From the NCBI GenBank assembly GCA_046725875.1, contig JBKOZJ010000015.1, forward strand, positions 1 to 62,821: DNA of 62,821 nucleotides, in the 5' to 3' direction. Numbering within the stretch: position 1 is the stretch's first letter; every line of letters starts with the position of its first letter. The translations under genes and the position numbers were made by a program. The notes under the pieces were generated by a model. The model was not told the DNA's origin. It saw only the letters and a list, made by a program, of their open reading frames with translations, and ran no database searches. Shown piece after piece: positions 29,601 to 38,976 of the stretch. The DNA comes from Actinomycetota bacterium (GTDB taxonomy: Bacteria; Actinomycetota; Actinomycetes; JAKEEW01).

Positions 29601-29696
29601 TTGCCGCGGAGGCCCAAGGTCAAGCGGGGTATCCGCCCGCCAGGCCGCCACCGGACCCAAGACCTGGAACCGTAAGTCAAACTCATCGGCGGTCAT
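26625..29696 (-). CDS. AfsR/SARP-family regulator: wHTH-BTAD-NB-ARC-TPR
   Basis: LRFQVLGPV, PLDERL..QLM.AL.RCGR..DAL, ELGVEPG, PDFTGR, GPAGIGKT P-loop, CGGLPLAL, RYHLHPLV; C-terminal helical repeats. Start 29696 or 29765. Confidence 0.93.
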   Translation of the reverse strand: MTADEFDLRFQVLGPVAAWRADTPLDLGPPRQRAVLAILLAHIGRVVSVDHLVDALWQNKPTASAIVQVQHYVSMLRRVLEARALARGVLRTHAPGYMIALPKESIDYHSFLEDVEKGRALLSAAKASEAASVFRRGLSRWHDEEPYADIALPEIRRLAHAMRQEHDAALADRIDADLACGRCTELIGELSQLVAEQPLDERLRLQLMTALHRCGRTADALGVYRSARRLFVSELGVEPGATLREMHKRILDGSAEAPVLAPGGTAATPVIPRMLPPTVPDFTGRTAERDTLLALLHSPGSRWILISGPAGIGKTALALHTAHHATHDFPHGQLFVRLRQPNGTPVAIEATLGTILTSLGFRGTAIPESISDRVNLYRSAIADRALIILADDVLDEEQARHLLPGTSRTALLMTSRGILPGLEGLRRLTLQPLGGGEARDMVAAISGGERLSAEPAASDALIAHCGGLPLALRIVAARLATHPHLSVSQLERILAVEHNRLDWLKMGDLEVRASIKLSYDRLMSEEQRLFRFLGALRAPDFPSWVANALTDDRSAKAHQLLDTLVEAHLVEASSAPGSEVRYHLHPLVQLVAAELSDSDDEGDRRAWLTRVIGALLVASDIAARAMPPRWPLDRLPDGLWKPPDNLADSAQRAPRVLLTTELSFMQALALRAVVQGDVLHGWLLAQRALYELDRHGDVDSQVRLINQVLPHVRDAGDLKGEAALLRRLGHMLDLRDRPRETVGIAQRVVEVRHQLGDLELEVEGRRLLGSCLANLGSAADARLELRRALAIARRTDNKLETAKVLYSIGCFAARNLQSGIWALRAALREAQQTNAALGDLLRELGRMLTLEGLFEEAEQHLGAARGEFLREKDHWRRATVEACLADLCVRTKRLDEAEKLLAAARPVIEKSGDSYGLAIALFTQSRLARERGQDKQDKNLFDLGRQVWAGLPNPPRGLINRLYLGSLGIDVTEEEPQSRKTIESYMKAERQVIASTHLADDSMRDQTGAEEMPKVASTSTISR

Positions 29697-29848
29697 GAGG
29701 CAGCCCTCTGCATCGTGACGAGGAGCGTTTGGTGACGATGTCCCGTCGAACCCAGCATGGGACACAGTCGATGACTGTGCAACTCCGAAGGGTAACCGTT
29801 CGCTGCTGACGCGACCCCTCGTCTGCAGAGCGGGCCATCGTCACCGCG

Positions 29849-29877
29849 GTTAGCGATTGGTTAGCGAAGAGTTAGCG
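29849..29877 (+). promoter_or_regulatory. SARP-type operator: 3 x GTTAGCG at 11-bp period
   Basis: Perfect copies at 29849, 29860, 29871; inverted copy CGCTAAC at 29924-30. Confidence 0.85.
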
Positions 29878-29987
29878 CCGTTCCCCAGACTCCTGACCGG
29901 TCGGCCCTGGCGTCATGTCGAGTCGCTAACACCGTCCCCCCGAATCGCCTGGTCCGCCGGAGCATCCCCGCACCGAAGAGAGCTGTC

Positions 29988-32900
29988 ATGACTGGGCGAA
30001 GCCGCACACTCCGTGGGTTAGTGCTGTTGTCGGCGACGGCCCTGTGCTGGTCGCTCCTACCGGGGTCGGTGGGTAGGTCGCCTGCGGTCACCCGCAGTTC
30101 CGTAAATGGGCAGATAGGGCCGAAGCTCCAGGTGGGCGAGCTGCCGGAGCGGCGTACGCAGAACTCCAAGACGCGCCGCAACGAGGACGGGTCGTTGACG
30201 ACGACGGTGTTCGCCGGGCCGGTGCATTACCGTGCCGGGGACGGGAGCTGGCAGCCGATCGATTCGCGGCTGCGGCCGATCGCGCAGGACGGCTATGCGT
30301 GGGCTAACGCGGCGAACTCGTTTTCGGCGCGTTTCCGCTCTTCGCCGGGTGAGGGGTTTTTGTCGTTCGGGGTGCAGGGCCAGGAGTTCCGGTTGACCTC
30401 GGTTGGGTCTCGGGCGGTGGCGGGGCGCGTGGCCGGGCCCTCGATCGAGTACGCCGGCGCGTATCCCAGCGCGGACCTGCATTATGCGGTGTTCTCGACC
30501 GGGGTGAAGGAGGTCGTCCGGCTCGCGGACGCGTCCGCGCCGACCAGTTATGAGTTCCGGTTGACCGGCCCGGCGACCGGTCCCCCACCCACGGTGGAAC
30601 GCCGGCCGGATGGCTCGTACGCGGTGGTCGTGCCGCCGCTGGCCGGTCCGGCGGTGGTGTTGGAGGCGCCGACAGTGACCGAGGCGGCCGGCCCGGGCGA
30701 GCTGTCCCCGCCGGACCCCGATGCGAAGCCGGCTTTGCGGGTCGCCAACGACGGGCGGGATTTGGTTGTGCGGGTGAGCGTGGACCCGTCCTGGCTGCAC
30801 GCGGCGGGTCGGCGGTTCCCGGTGGAGATCGACCCGACGCTGACGATCCAACCGGATGTCGAGGACGTGGTTTTCACTAGCGTTCCGGGCTACCTGCCCA
30901 ACGTGGGTGAGTGGCTCTACGTCGGCGGCGATCCTGGTGGGTCGTGGCGTCCGGCTTTGCGGTTTGACCTCAGCGCCGTGCCGGCGGGCGCCACGGTGAG
31001 CAGCGCGAAGCTCGGCCTGTTCTACGACGGCCAGTGCATCTATGTGCCCGGGGCGCCGTTCTGCGGCGGCACGAGTCATCTGATCAACGCGCATCGGATC
31101 ACGGCGCCGTGGTCGACGTCGACGACGAGTAACAACCTGTTGTTCGACTCGGTGGTGTCCGGCGGCTACACACTGCCGTATGGGGCGAGCGACCGGTGGA
31201 TGTCCTGGCCGATCACGAGCCTGGTGTCATCGTGGCTGTCCGGTGCGCAGCCGAACTATGGCGTGGTGCTGCGGCACAGCCCGGAGGTGAACAGCAGCAG
31301 CGGACCTTTTGCACCGGGTCGCCGGTACCCGGAGCCGGCCCTCCAGCCGAGGCTGGAGGTGACCTACGTCGGTGACGCGGTGAACCTGCTGGCGCCGACA
31401 ACGCTGCATTCCAACGGGGCGGAGCTGCAGTGGAGCCGGTATGTCGGGGAGACCGGCGCCGCGTTCGACCGGTACGAGGTGCACCGCAGCACCGACCCGA
31501 ACTTCACCCCGACCGCGTCGACCCTGCTGACCACGATCCGCGACGTCAACACGACCTCGTACCGGGACACGACGGCGGCGCCGTCGAAGTCGTTCACCTA
31601 TCGGGTGGTGGCGAACACGTCCCGGTCGAATCCGCGGTCGGTGATGCTGCCCGCCGACGGGCAGGCCTCCACGGTGGTCCAACCCGCCACTCCGGCGGCC
31701 GGGAAGAACACCTTCCTGTACTGGGTCAGCGGCAGCATCAACTGCGGCAACTACGGGTCGGGTGACTGGGCCCGGGTCGGCACCGAGACCGACAAGAAAT
31801 ACCGGGACCTGCTCTATTTCGATGTTCGGGCGATCCCGAAGGGCGCGGACGTCACCGACGCGAAGGTGTCGGTGTGGGAGACCTACGCGACGCCGGCAGC
31901 GGTGACCCTGGAGGCGCACCGGATCACCCGCGCGTGGAAGGAGGGCATCGGCGGGTCGGAGTGCAACGGCAGCGGCGCGACCTGGTACGAAACGGAGGGC
32001 GGGCAGCCCTGGTCGACGGACGGCGGTGACTACGACACCGCATTGGCCGGCCCGACCGTCTCGTCGCCGGCGAGCGCCTCGAGCGGGTTCCGCAACTTCA
32101 CCATCACCACCGTGGCGCAGGCCTGGGTGAACGGGAGCGTGCCCAACCATGGGCTGCTGCTGCGCGCGAGCGACGAGACGCTCAAGGCGAACAACTTTCG
32201 GGACTTCGCCACCGACGACTACCCGGCCGAGCCGAGGCTGCGGCCGAAGCTCACGGTCACCTACACCGACGGCAGCCACGCCCGCGGCCCGCAGGTGTCG
32301 ATCGCCGCGCCGGGCCCGGCCGCCACGGTGAGCGGCTCGACCGTGCAGCTGGCGGCGGCGGCCGAGGACGACCGGCGGGTGGACCGGGTCGAGTTCTTCG
32401 TCGACGGCGCGCCGGCCGGCACCGAGGACACGACCGTCCCGTTCGAGACGACGTGGGACTCGAAGTCGGTCGGCAACGGCACCCACCAGGTGACCGCGAA
32501 GGCGACCGACGACGCGGGCAACGTCACCACCTCCGCACCGGCGTCGGTCACGGTGGACAACACGGACCCGCCGGCCGGCAACATGTCCGCGCCGGCGAAC
32601 AACGCGACGGTGTCCGGGAAGGAGACGGTGGAGGCGACCGCCTCCGATGACGTGGGGGTGGCGCGGGTGGAGTTCCTGGTCGATGGTGTCCGGGTCGGCC
32701 CGCCGGTCACCAGCGGCGGACCCACGTACTCGACCACCTGGGACACCCTGGACCCGCTGGCCGGCATCTTCGACGGCCCGCACCTGGTCAGCGCGGTGGT
32801 GACCGACACCTCCGGCCAGCAGGTCACCACCGTGGCCCGCTCGGTGACCGTGGACAACCGGGGCAGCTCCAGCTATTCGGCCGGGTTCACGCTCAACGCC

Positions 32901-35900
32901 GGCACCGCCGCGGAGAACCTCTTCCCGGCGACCATGGACGAGAACACCCGGCCCGGTGTGCCGGTGCAGGACCCGTACGACCCGAACGCCGTCATCAACC
33001 CGGACGGGACCAGCGGCGGCAGCCTCCACCGCGCGCTGGGCGACGCCCCGCACGACGACGCCGGCCCGCCCCCGGCCACCTGCCCCGCCGACGCGTACTG
33101 CCCGACCGTGACGGTGAAAAACACCAGCAGCAGCGCCTGGCAGAACAGCACCGCCCAGGTGTGGTACCGCTGGTACGCCCCGAACGGGGCGATCATGTTC
33201 GAGGGCAAGTCCAGCACCGCGTTCCCGGCCAGCTTCGGCAAGAACGCCACCCAGGACTTCCCGCTGACCATCTACCCGCCCGCCCTGCCGCCCGGCGCCA
33301 GCCAGGGCACGTACCGGCTGCGGATCGACGTCTACGACCCGGCCACCGGCACCTGGTTCGCCGCCCGCGGCAACCCGCCGACCCTGGACAACCCGATCAT
33401 CATCGCGAAGAGCCTGTCCACCAAGCTCGGCCTGGAACGGTACTACCAGTACGACGCCGCCCAGCTGGGCGCGGGGATGACCTCGCTGACCAACGTGGCC
33501 AACGGGAACATGCTGGTGCGGTGGACGCCGTTCTTCGCGCCCGGCCGCGGGCTTTCCACGATGGTGGACCTGACCTACAACTCGCTGGAAGACCATTCGA
33601 AGAGCCCGGCCGGGAACAACTTCTCGCTGTCGGTCAGCGGGCTGACCCGGTTCGGTGAGCCGCTGGACATCCACCCCAACAATGCCGACGTGATCTCCGG
33701 ACGATCGAACAAGTGGGTCGAGTTCACCGACGGCGATGGCACCACCCACCGGTTCACCGACGGGGTCACCGGCGCCGACGGGATCACCCGGTTCACCGAA
33801 CCCCCCGGGGTGAACCTGTACCTGCGGTCGATCCCCACCAACCCGGACACCCGGCGGTGGGCCGTGACCCGCCCGGACAAGGTCACCTTCTACTTCGACA
33901 CCGAGGGCTTCCCGACCTCGGTGGAGGACCGCAACGGCAACACCCTCACCTTCACCCTCGAGCCGACCCCGGCCGGGGAGGACCCCGGCGGGCCCAACAA
34001 GCGGATCAAGGCGGTCACCGACGCCGCCGGCAGCCCGTCAGTGCCCAACCGCACGTTCACCATCGACTACTGGTCGAAGGACGAGGCGAAGAAGGCGCAC
34101 GTGCGCGGCAACATCCAGCGGATCACCGACCACGACCAGTCGGCGCTGGACTTCGACTACTACGACGACGGGAACCTGCTGCGGCTGACCCAGCGCGGCG
34201 GCACCACCGCCGGCGGGGAGTTCCTCGCCGACCGGTCGTTCGTGTTCACCTACACCACCTCCGACGGGTCGGGACCAGCCATCGGCGCCGAAGGGCGGGC
34301 CAACCCGGACCCGAAGACGGCCAACCAGTCCACCCGGCTGTACAGCGTCCGCGACCCCAGAGAGCACGAGACGACCTACGCGTACATGCTCGCCACCGAC
34401 GGGCAGCAGCTGCGGTGGCGGCTCAAGTCCCGCACCGACCGGCCGGAACGGGAGCAGGAGACCACGGGGCTGACCACCAGCTACGGCTACGACCTGACCA
34501 ACCGGGTCACCACCGTCACCAAGCCGGACGTCCCCCCGAAGACCCGGGTCACCCGCTACACGTACGACACCACCGGCAAGGTCACTAAGATCGTCAACCC
34601 GAACAACGAGCCCACCGACGTCAGCTGGACAGCCGACTTCAAGGTCGAAAAGGTTACCGAACCCAAGGGTGTCGCCACCCCGAGCGTGCCCGACGACTTC
34701 ACCACCAGCTACACCTACAACCCCAACGGCTACCCCACCTCCCAGACCAACCAGCTCAACCAGACCACCGCGTTGACCTACCTGGAGCTGCCGGTCGACC
34801 CGGGCGACCCCGGCAACCACCTGAGCCTGCTGGAGACCGTCACCACCCCCAGGGGGGTGGCCACCACCACCGATCCGGACGACTACCAGTGGACCTTCGC
34901 CTACGACCGGAACGCGCAGGGGAACATCATCGGGAACGTCGATACGGTCACCGACCCGACCGGCGCCCAGACCGACTACGACTACAACCCGCCCGGCGGC
35001 CCGGATGCCGGCACGCTGTCCCAGATCCACGACGCCAACGGCAATCCGCCGACGGTATTCGAGGCGTACGACCCGTCTGGGCAGCCCACCCGGGTGCGCG
35101 ACCCGCTCGGCAACCTGACCCAGTTCGGGTACGACCCGGACGGGCACCTGACCTACGTCCAGGACCCGAACCACCAGTCCGGCCCGAACGGCACCGGCAC
35201 GGACTTCCGCGCCTACCGCAGCTACTTCGACTACGACTCGTTCGGCCGGCTGGGCCGCCAGTCCGCGCCGAAGTCGACCGCCGCCGCGCGCGGCGCGCTG
35301 ATCTGGTCCAGCGTCGAGTTCGACCCCAACGACAACATCGTGCGCAGCGTCGACCCGCACGACGGGCCGGCCACCGGCGACCCCGGCGGCGGGTTCGTCA
35401 CCACCACCACCTACGACCCGATGGACCGGCCCCGGCTGACCACCGGCCCGGACACCAGCGCCGACCCGGCCGGCGAGCGGACCCTCCGCGACTACGACCA
35501 GGCCGGCCGACTGTGGAAGATCACCAAGCCGCGGGGAGTGGCCACCTCCACCACCGTTGACGATTTCACCACCATGCTCGAGTACGACCCGCTGGACCGG
35601 GTGATCCGGCAGACCGAGTACGGCACCAGCACCGCCAGCAAGCGGGTCAGCCACCTGTGCTACGACCTGGCGGGCGACCTGATCTCGCTGACCGCACCCA
35701 ACGCCGCCCTGGCCACCACGCTCACCTGTCCGGCCGCCGACACCACCGGGTTCACCACCCGCTACGAGTACGACGACGCGCACCGGCTCAAGGTCCAGCG
35801 CGACCAGGAGGGCCACCAGTCCCGCACCACCTACGACGCCAACGGCAACGTGGCGACCACCGAGCGGGACATCGACACCGTGCCCACCACGGACCGGATC

Positions 35901-38900
35901 GCGAAGACCACCTACGGCTACGACATGCGGGACACGCTGACCCAGGTGACCGAGCGGCTCACCGCCACCCGCAACCTCATCACCAAGATCGTATACGACC
36001 GGAACGGCAACCGGACCCGGGTCATCTCCCCGCGGGCCTACGACGCGGCCGCCGGGTCCAGCACGTACACGAACTACGTCACCGACTACGGGTACGACGC
36101 GTTGAACCGGCTGGTCAAGACCACGCTGCCGTTCGACTCCCGGGACGACAAGAACGGTAACGGGATAGTGGACGAGAACGAGAAGCAGTACGTGCACCAG
36201 GCCTACGACGCCAACGGGAACCTGGCTTGGTCCAGTCTCCCGGTCAGTATCCCCGGCGCCGCGTCGGTCGCCGACACCGCCAAGACGAAGCTGGAGTATT
36301 ACGACCCGGGGTGGATCCGCACCTCCGACGACCCGGTGCTGCCCCGGGTGCGGTTCGACTACACCGCCCGCGGCGAGCAGGCCCTCCGGGTCCCGGAGGA
36401 CCCCGCGCAGCCCGGCGGGGTCGACGCCAGCCAGCAGATGAGCTGGGAATACTACCCGGACGGCATGCTGAAGACCCGCAAGGACCGGGGTGGGCAGGCC
36501 ACCAGCTACCGCTATGACGCGGACAACAACCTTCTCGCCGCGACCGACGCCGCCGGGATCACCGACCCGGCCCAGACCCCGGTCGACATCGAGGTCCCCT
36601 CCTACAGCGGGTTCGACCAGCCGAACAAGGTCCGCCATCGCAAGCAGGGCGTCACCAACTGGACGTTCACCAGCTACACCTATGACCTGAACGGCAACAC
36701 CAAGCAACGCCGCGAGAACGGGCAGGAAACCGACGCCGGTAGCCAAACCGTCGCACCCCGGGTCTACCAGTTCAGCTACGACGACGCGGACCGGCTGACC
36801 GAACAGCTCGACCTGGGCACCACCTCCGCCTGCCTGAACGACCAGCGCATCTTCACCCTCTACTGGGAAACCGGGTGGGAGAGGCAGCGCGAGGTGCGCC
36901 GCGCCTCATCCACCTGCACCGCCGACGCCACCATCTGGACGAAGAAGCTGACCACCAACTGGACCCACTTCGACAACGGCAAGCTCGACCTGCTCGAGAC
37001 GAGGAACGGCGGCGGCACCCTCACCGAGCGGCACGACGTCGGCTACATCGCCTCGGGCGTCTACCTCAACGGCCACCGGGCCACCGACCAGTACCTGCTC
37101 AAACGGACCGAGACCCCGACGGCCAGCGCGGCCACCACCTGCATCAGCGGCAGCCCCTGCGACGCCGTGTTCACCTACGACGCCCGGGACCGGCTGATCA
37201 GCCACCAGCGCCGCGCCGGCGTCGCCGCGACCACCTACACCCTCGACGATCCGCTGCAACTGCTCGGCGACACCACCATCCGGGCCGGCAACGTCACCAG
37301 CGAGACCAAGAACGGGGTCACCACCACCCGCAAATACCAGGCCAACCAGCTCAAACAGGCCAGCATCGGCGGCGCGGCTCCCCTCAAGTACTGGTACGAC
37401 CCGCTGGGCAACCTCGACTGCCTCACCACCTCCACCGGCACCCAGGCCAACTGCTCACCCTCGGACAACGGCACCGCCGCGAACCTGATCAGCGACTACC
37501 GCTACGACTACCTCAACCGGCTCACCACCGCCCGCCAATACCTCGGCGGCACCACCACCCCCACCGACAAGGCCGACTACACCTACGACCCGCTGGACCG
37601 GGTGGTCAAGGAGACCGAAGCCCACGCCGGCACCGGCAACGACCGCTCCACCGCGTTCACCTTCCAGGGCGTCACCAACCTGGTCACCCAGGAGGTGCAG
37701 ACCGGCGGCACCAACCCGAAGACCAGAACCTACTCCTACGACGCCTACGGCCACCGGCTCTCGATGACCGACAAGGTCACCGGGTCCACCACGACCCCGG
37801 CCAACTACACCTACGCCCACGACGTGCACGGGTCGGTCTCCCAGCTGATCAACGACGGCAACCAGGTGCGCGCCTCCTACGGCTACGACGCCTACGGCGG
37901 CGTCGACGCCACCGGCACCGAGGCGCTGACCACCGGCGACCCCAACGCCCTGGCCCAGTTCAACCCCTACCGGTACACCGGCAAACGGCTGGACTCCGGG
38001 CTGGCCACCGGGACCGGCTCGCCGGCCGGCTACGACATGGGCGCCCGCCGCTACGGCCCGGACACCACCCGCTTCCTCCAGCAAGACATGTTCTACGGCG
38101 CGCTGGCCAACCTCGACCTCGCCCTGGACCCGCTCACCCAAAACCCCTACGCGCTGGCCGGCGGCAACCCCATCTCCTACATCGAAACCGACGGCCACAT
38201 GGTCACCAGCGATGGTGGCACCTGCTACGGCAACCCCGACTGCAGCAAGAACATGGCCGCCATGGAGATGGGTATCTCCACCGAGCAGTACGAACAGCAG
38301 GTCCTATGCGCCAACGACATGTGCGGGCGCAGCACCGAGGACATCGTCAACACGGTGACAGGCGCCGGAGAAGCCGTCGGCCGCGGAATCGCCACGGGTG
38401 GCGAGGCGGTCGGGCGTGGACTGAAGGACGCCGGCACTGCGCTGGCCTCACGCCTAGCTGACGAAGCACGGAGCCGGGCAAGGAGCTACGGCGAACGGTG
38501 GCACCGCCGCGTCACCCTCGGCATCTACGCGTGGGACGCGGCCAGGCGGAATCTCGGCAACCAATGGCAGACCCTCAAAGACCCGCTCGCCGTCGGCATA
38601 GAGTCAGCCTCCGCGGTCGAGGCGATCATGGGCGAAGGCGGCGAGCTCAAACGCGACGGCCCCTACTGCGGCAAAAAAGCCGAATGCATCACCGACGTCT
38701 CCGCTGCACCCGGCAGACTCGACGCGTTCACCACGGGACACACCATCCGCTTCGAGGACAAAGATCCTACGCGGACGAAGGTCGCCCATGAGATGCAGCA
38801 CGTCTACGACATCGAAAACGTCACCAGCCCGCTGTTCTACGGCTCCTACCTGGCGCAAGCGCCGTTCACCGGCTACAGCGGCATAAATTGGGAACGCCGT

Positions 38901-38963
38901 GGTTACGCCGTCCAGGAGGGCTACCCAGGCGTACAGCCACGTGGATGGCCATGGGGGCCATGA
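29988..38963 (+). CDS. Giant secreted Rhs/YD-repeat protein with two DNRLRE-like domains, two Ig-like domains and C-terminal HEXXH domain
   Basis: Signal-like N-terminus; RRFPVEIDPT; LRFDLS..P.GATVSSAKL / PNYGVVL and LYFDV..IP.GA.VTDAKV / PNHGLLL; RVEFFVDG/RVEFLVDG Ig repeats; many YxYD repeats; YRYTGKRLD...YDMGARRY core; HEMQH. Confidence 0.93.
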   Translation: MTGRSRTLRGLVLLSATALCWSLLPGSVGRSPAVTRSSVNGQIGPKLQVGELPERRTQNSKTRRNEDGSLTTTVFAGPVHYRAGDGSWQPIDSRLRPIAQDGYAWANAANSFSARFRSSPGEGFLSFGVQGQEFRLTSVGSRAVAGRVAGPSIEYAGAYPSADLHYAVFSTGVKEVVRLADASAPTSYEFRLTGPATGPPPTVERRPDGSYAVVVPPLAGPAVVLEAPTVTEAAGPGELSPPDPDAKPALRVANDGRDLVVRVSVDPSWLHAAGRRFPVEIDPTLTIQPDVEDVVFTSVPGYLPNVGEWLYVGGDPGGSWRPALRFDLSAVPAGATVSSAKLGLFYDGQCIYVPGAPFCGGTSHLINAHRITAPWSTSTTSNNLLFDSVVSGGYTLPYGASDRWMSWPITSLVSSWLSGAQPNYGVVLRHSPEVNSSSGPFAPGRRYPEPALQPRLEVTYVGDAVNLLAPTTLHSNGAELQWSRYVGETGAAFDRYEVHRSTDPNFTPTASTLLTTIRDVNTTSYRDTTAAPSKSFTYRVVANTSRSNPRSVMLPADGQASTVVQPATPAAGKNTFLYWVSGSINCGNYGSGDWARVGTETDKKYRDLLYFDVRAIPKGADVTDAKVSVWETYATPAAVTLEAHRITRAWKEGIGGSECNGSGATWYETEGGQPWSTDGGDYDTALAGPTVSSPASASSGFRNFTITTVAQAWVNGSVPNHGLLLRASDETLKANNFRDFATDDYPAEPRLRPKLTVTYTDGSHARGPQVSIAAPGPAATVSGSTVQLAAAAEDDRRVDRVEFFVDGAPAGTEDTTVPFETTWDSKSVGNGTHQVTAKATDDAGNVTTSAPASVTVDNTDPPAGNMSAPANNATVSGKETVEATASDDVGVARVEFLVDGVRVGPPVTSGGPTYSTTWDTLDPLAGIFDGPHLVSAVVTDTSGQQVTTVARSVTVDNRGSSSYSAGFTLNAGTAAENLFPATMDENTRPGVPVQDPYDPNAVINPDGTSGGSLHRALGDAPHDDAGPPPATCPADAYCPTVTVKNTSSSAWQNSTAQVWYRWYAPNGAIMFEGKSSTAFPASFGKNATQDFPLTIYPPALPPGASQGTYRLRIDVYDPATGTWFAARGNPPTLDNPIIIAKSLSTKLGLERYYQYDAAQLGAGMTSLTNVANGNMLVRWTPFFAPGRGLSTMVDLTYNSLEDHSKSPAGNNFSLSVSGLTRFGEPLDIHPNNADVISGRSNKWVEFTDGDGTTHRFTDGVTGADGITRFTEPPGVNLYLRSIPTNPDTRRWAVTRPDKVTFYFDTEGFPTSVEDRNGNTLTFTLEPTPAGEDPGGPNKRIKAVTDAAGSPSVPNRTFTIDYWSKDEAKKAHVRGNIQRITDHDQSALDFDYYDDGNLLRLTQRGGTTAGGEFLADRSFVFTYTTSDGSGPAIGAEGRANPDPKTANQSTRLYSVRDPREHETTYAYMLATDGQQLRWRLKSRTDRPEREQETTGLTTSYGYDLTNRVTTVTKPDVPPKTRVTRYTYDTTGKVTKIVNPNNEPTDVSWTADFKVEKVTEPKGVATPSVPDDFTTSYTYNPNGYPTSQTNQLNQTTALTYLELPVDPGDPGNHLSLLETVTTPRGVATTTDPDDYQWTFAYDRNAQGNIIGNVDTVTDPTGAQTDYDYNPPGGPDAGTLSQIHDANGNPPTVFEAYDPSGQPTRVRDPLGNLTQFGYDPDGHLTYVQDPNHQSGPNGTGTDFRAYRSYFDYDSFGRLGRQSAPKSTAAARGALIWSSVEFDPNDNIVRSVDPHDGPATGDPGGGFVTTTTYDPMDRPRLTTGPDTSADPAGERTLRDYDQAGRLWKITKPRGVATSTTVDDFTTMLEYDPLDRVIRQTEYGTSTASKRVSHLCYDLAGDLISLTAPNAALATTLTCPAADTTGFTTRYEYDDAHRLKVQRDQEGHQSRTTYDANGNVATTERDIDTVPTTDRIAKTTYGYDMRDTLTQVTERLTATRNLITKIVYDRNGNRTRVISPRAYDAAAGSSTYTNYVTDYGYDALNRLVKTTLPFDSRDDKNGNGIVDENEKQYVHQAYDANGNLAWSSLPVSIPGAASVADTAKTKLEYYDPGWIRTSDDPVLPRVRFDYTARGEQALRVPEDPAQPGGVDASQQMSWEYYPDGMLKTRKDRGGQATSYRYDADNNLLAATDAAGITDPAQTPVDIEVPSYSGFDQPNKVRHRKQGVTNWTFTSYTYDLNGNTKQRRENGQETDAGSQTVAPRVYQFSYDDADRLTEQLDLGTTSACLNDQRIFTLYWETGWERQREVRRASSTCTADATIWTKKLTTNWTHFDNGKLDLLETRNGGGTLTERHDVGYIASGVYLNGHRATDQYLLKRTETPTASAATTCISGSPCDAVFTYDARDRLISHQRRAGVAATTYTLDDPLQLLGDTTIRAGNVTSETKNGVTTTRKYQANQLKQASIGGAAPLKYWYDPLGNLDCLTTSTGTQANCSPSDNGTAANLISDYRYDYLNRLTTARQYLGGTTTPTDKADYTYDPLDRVVKETEAHAGTGNDRSTAFTFQGVTNLVTQEVQTGGTNPKTRTYSYDAYGHRLSMTDKVTGSTTTPANYTYAHDVHGSVSQLINDGNQVRASYGYDAYGGVDATGTEALTTGDPNALAQFNPYRYTGKRLDSGLATGTGSPAGYDMGARRYGPDTTRFLQQDMFYGALANLDLALDPLTQNPYALAGGNPISYIETDGHMVTSDGGTCYGNPDCSKNMAAMEMGISTEQYEQQVLCANDMCGRSTEDIVNTVTGAGEAVGRGIATGGEAVGRGLKDAGTALASRLADEARSRARSYGERWHRRVTLGIYAWDAARRNLGNQWQTLKDPLAVGIESASAVEAIMGEGGELKRDGPYCGKKAECITDVSAAPGRLDAFTTGHTIRFEDKDPTRTKVAHEMQHVYDIENVTSPLFYGSYLAQAPFTGYSGINWERRGYAVQEGYPGVQPRGWPWGP

Positions 38964-38976
38964 GAGGCGACCCAAG

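Noticed and set aside
29849..29877. CRISPR-like or iteron repeat
   Set aside because: 7-bp units with 4-bp spacers, no cas or rep gene; fits a SARP operator.
31227..38461. Very long alternative-frame and antisense ORFs (840, 902, 528 aa) within rhs
   Set aside because: Expected shadows of extreme GC3 bias; low-complexity R/G/V/P translations.
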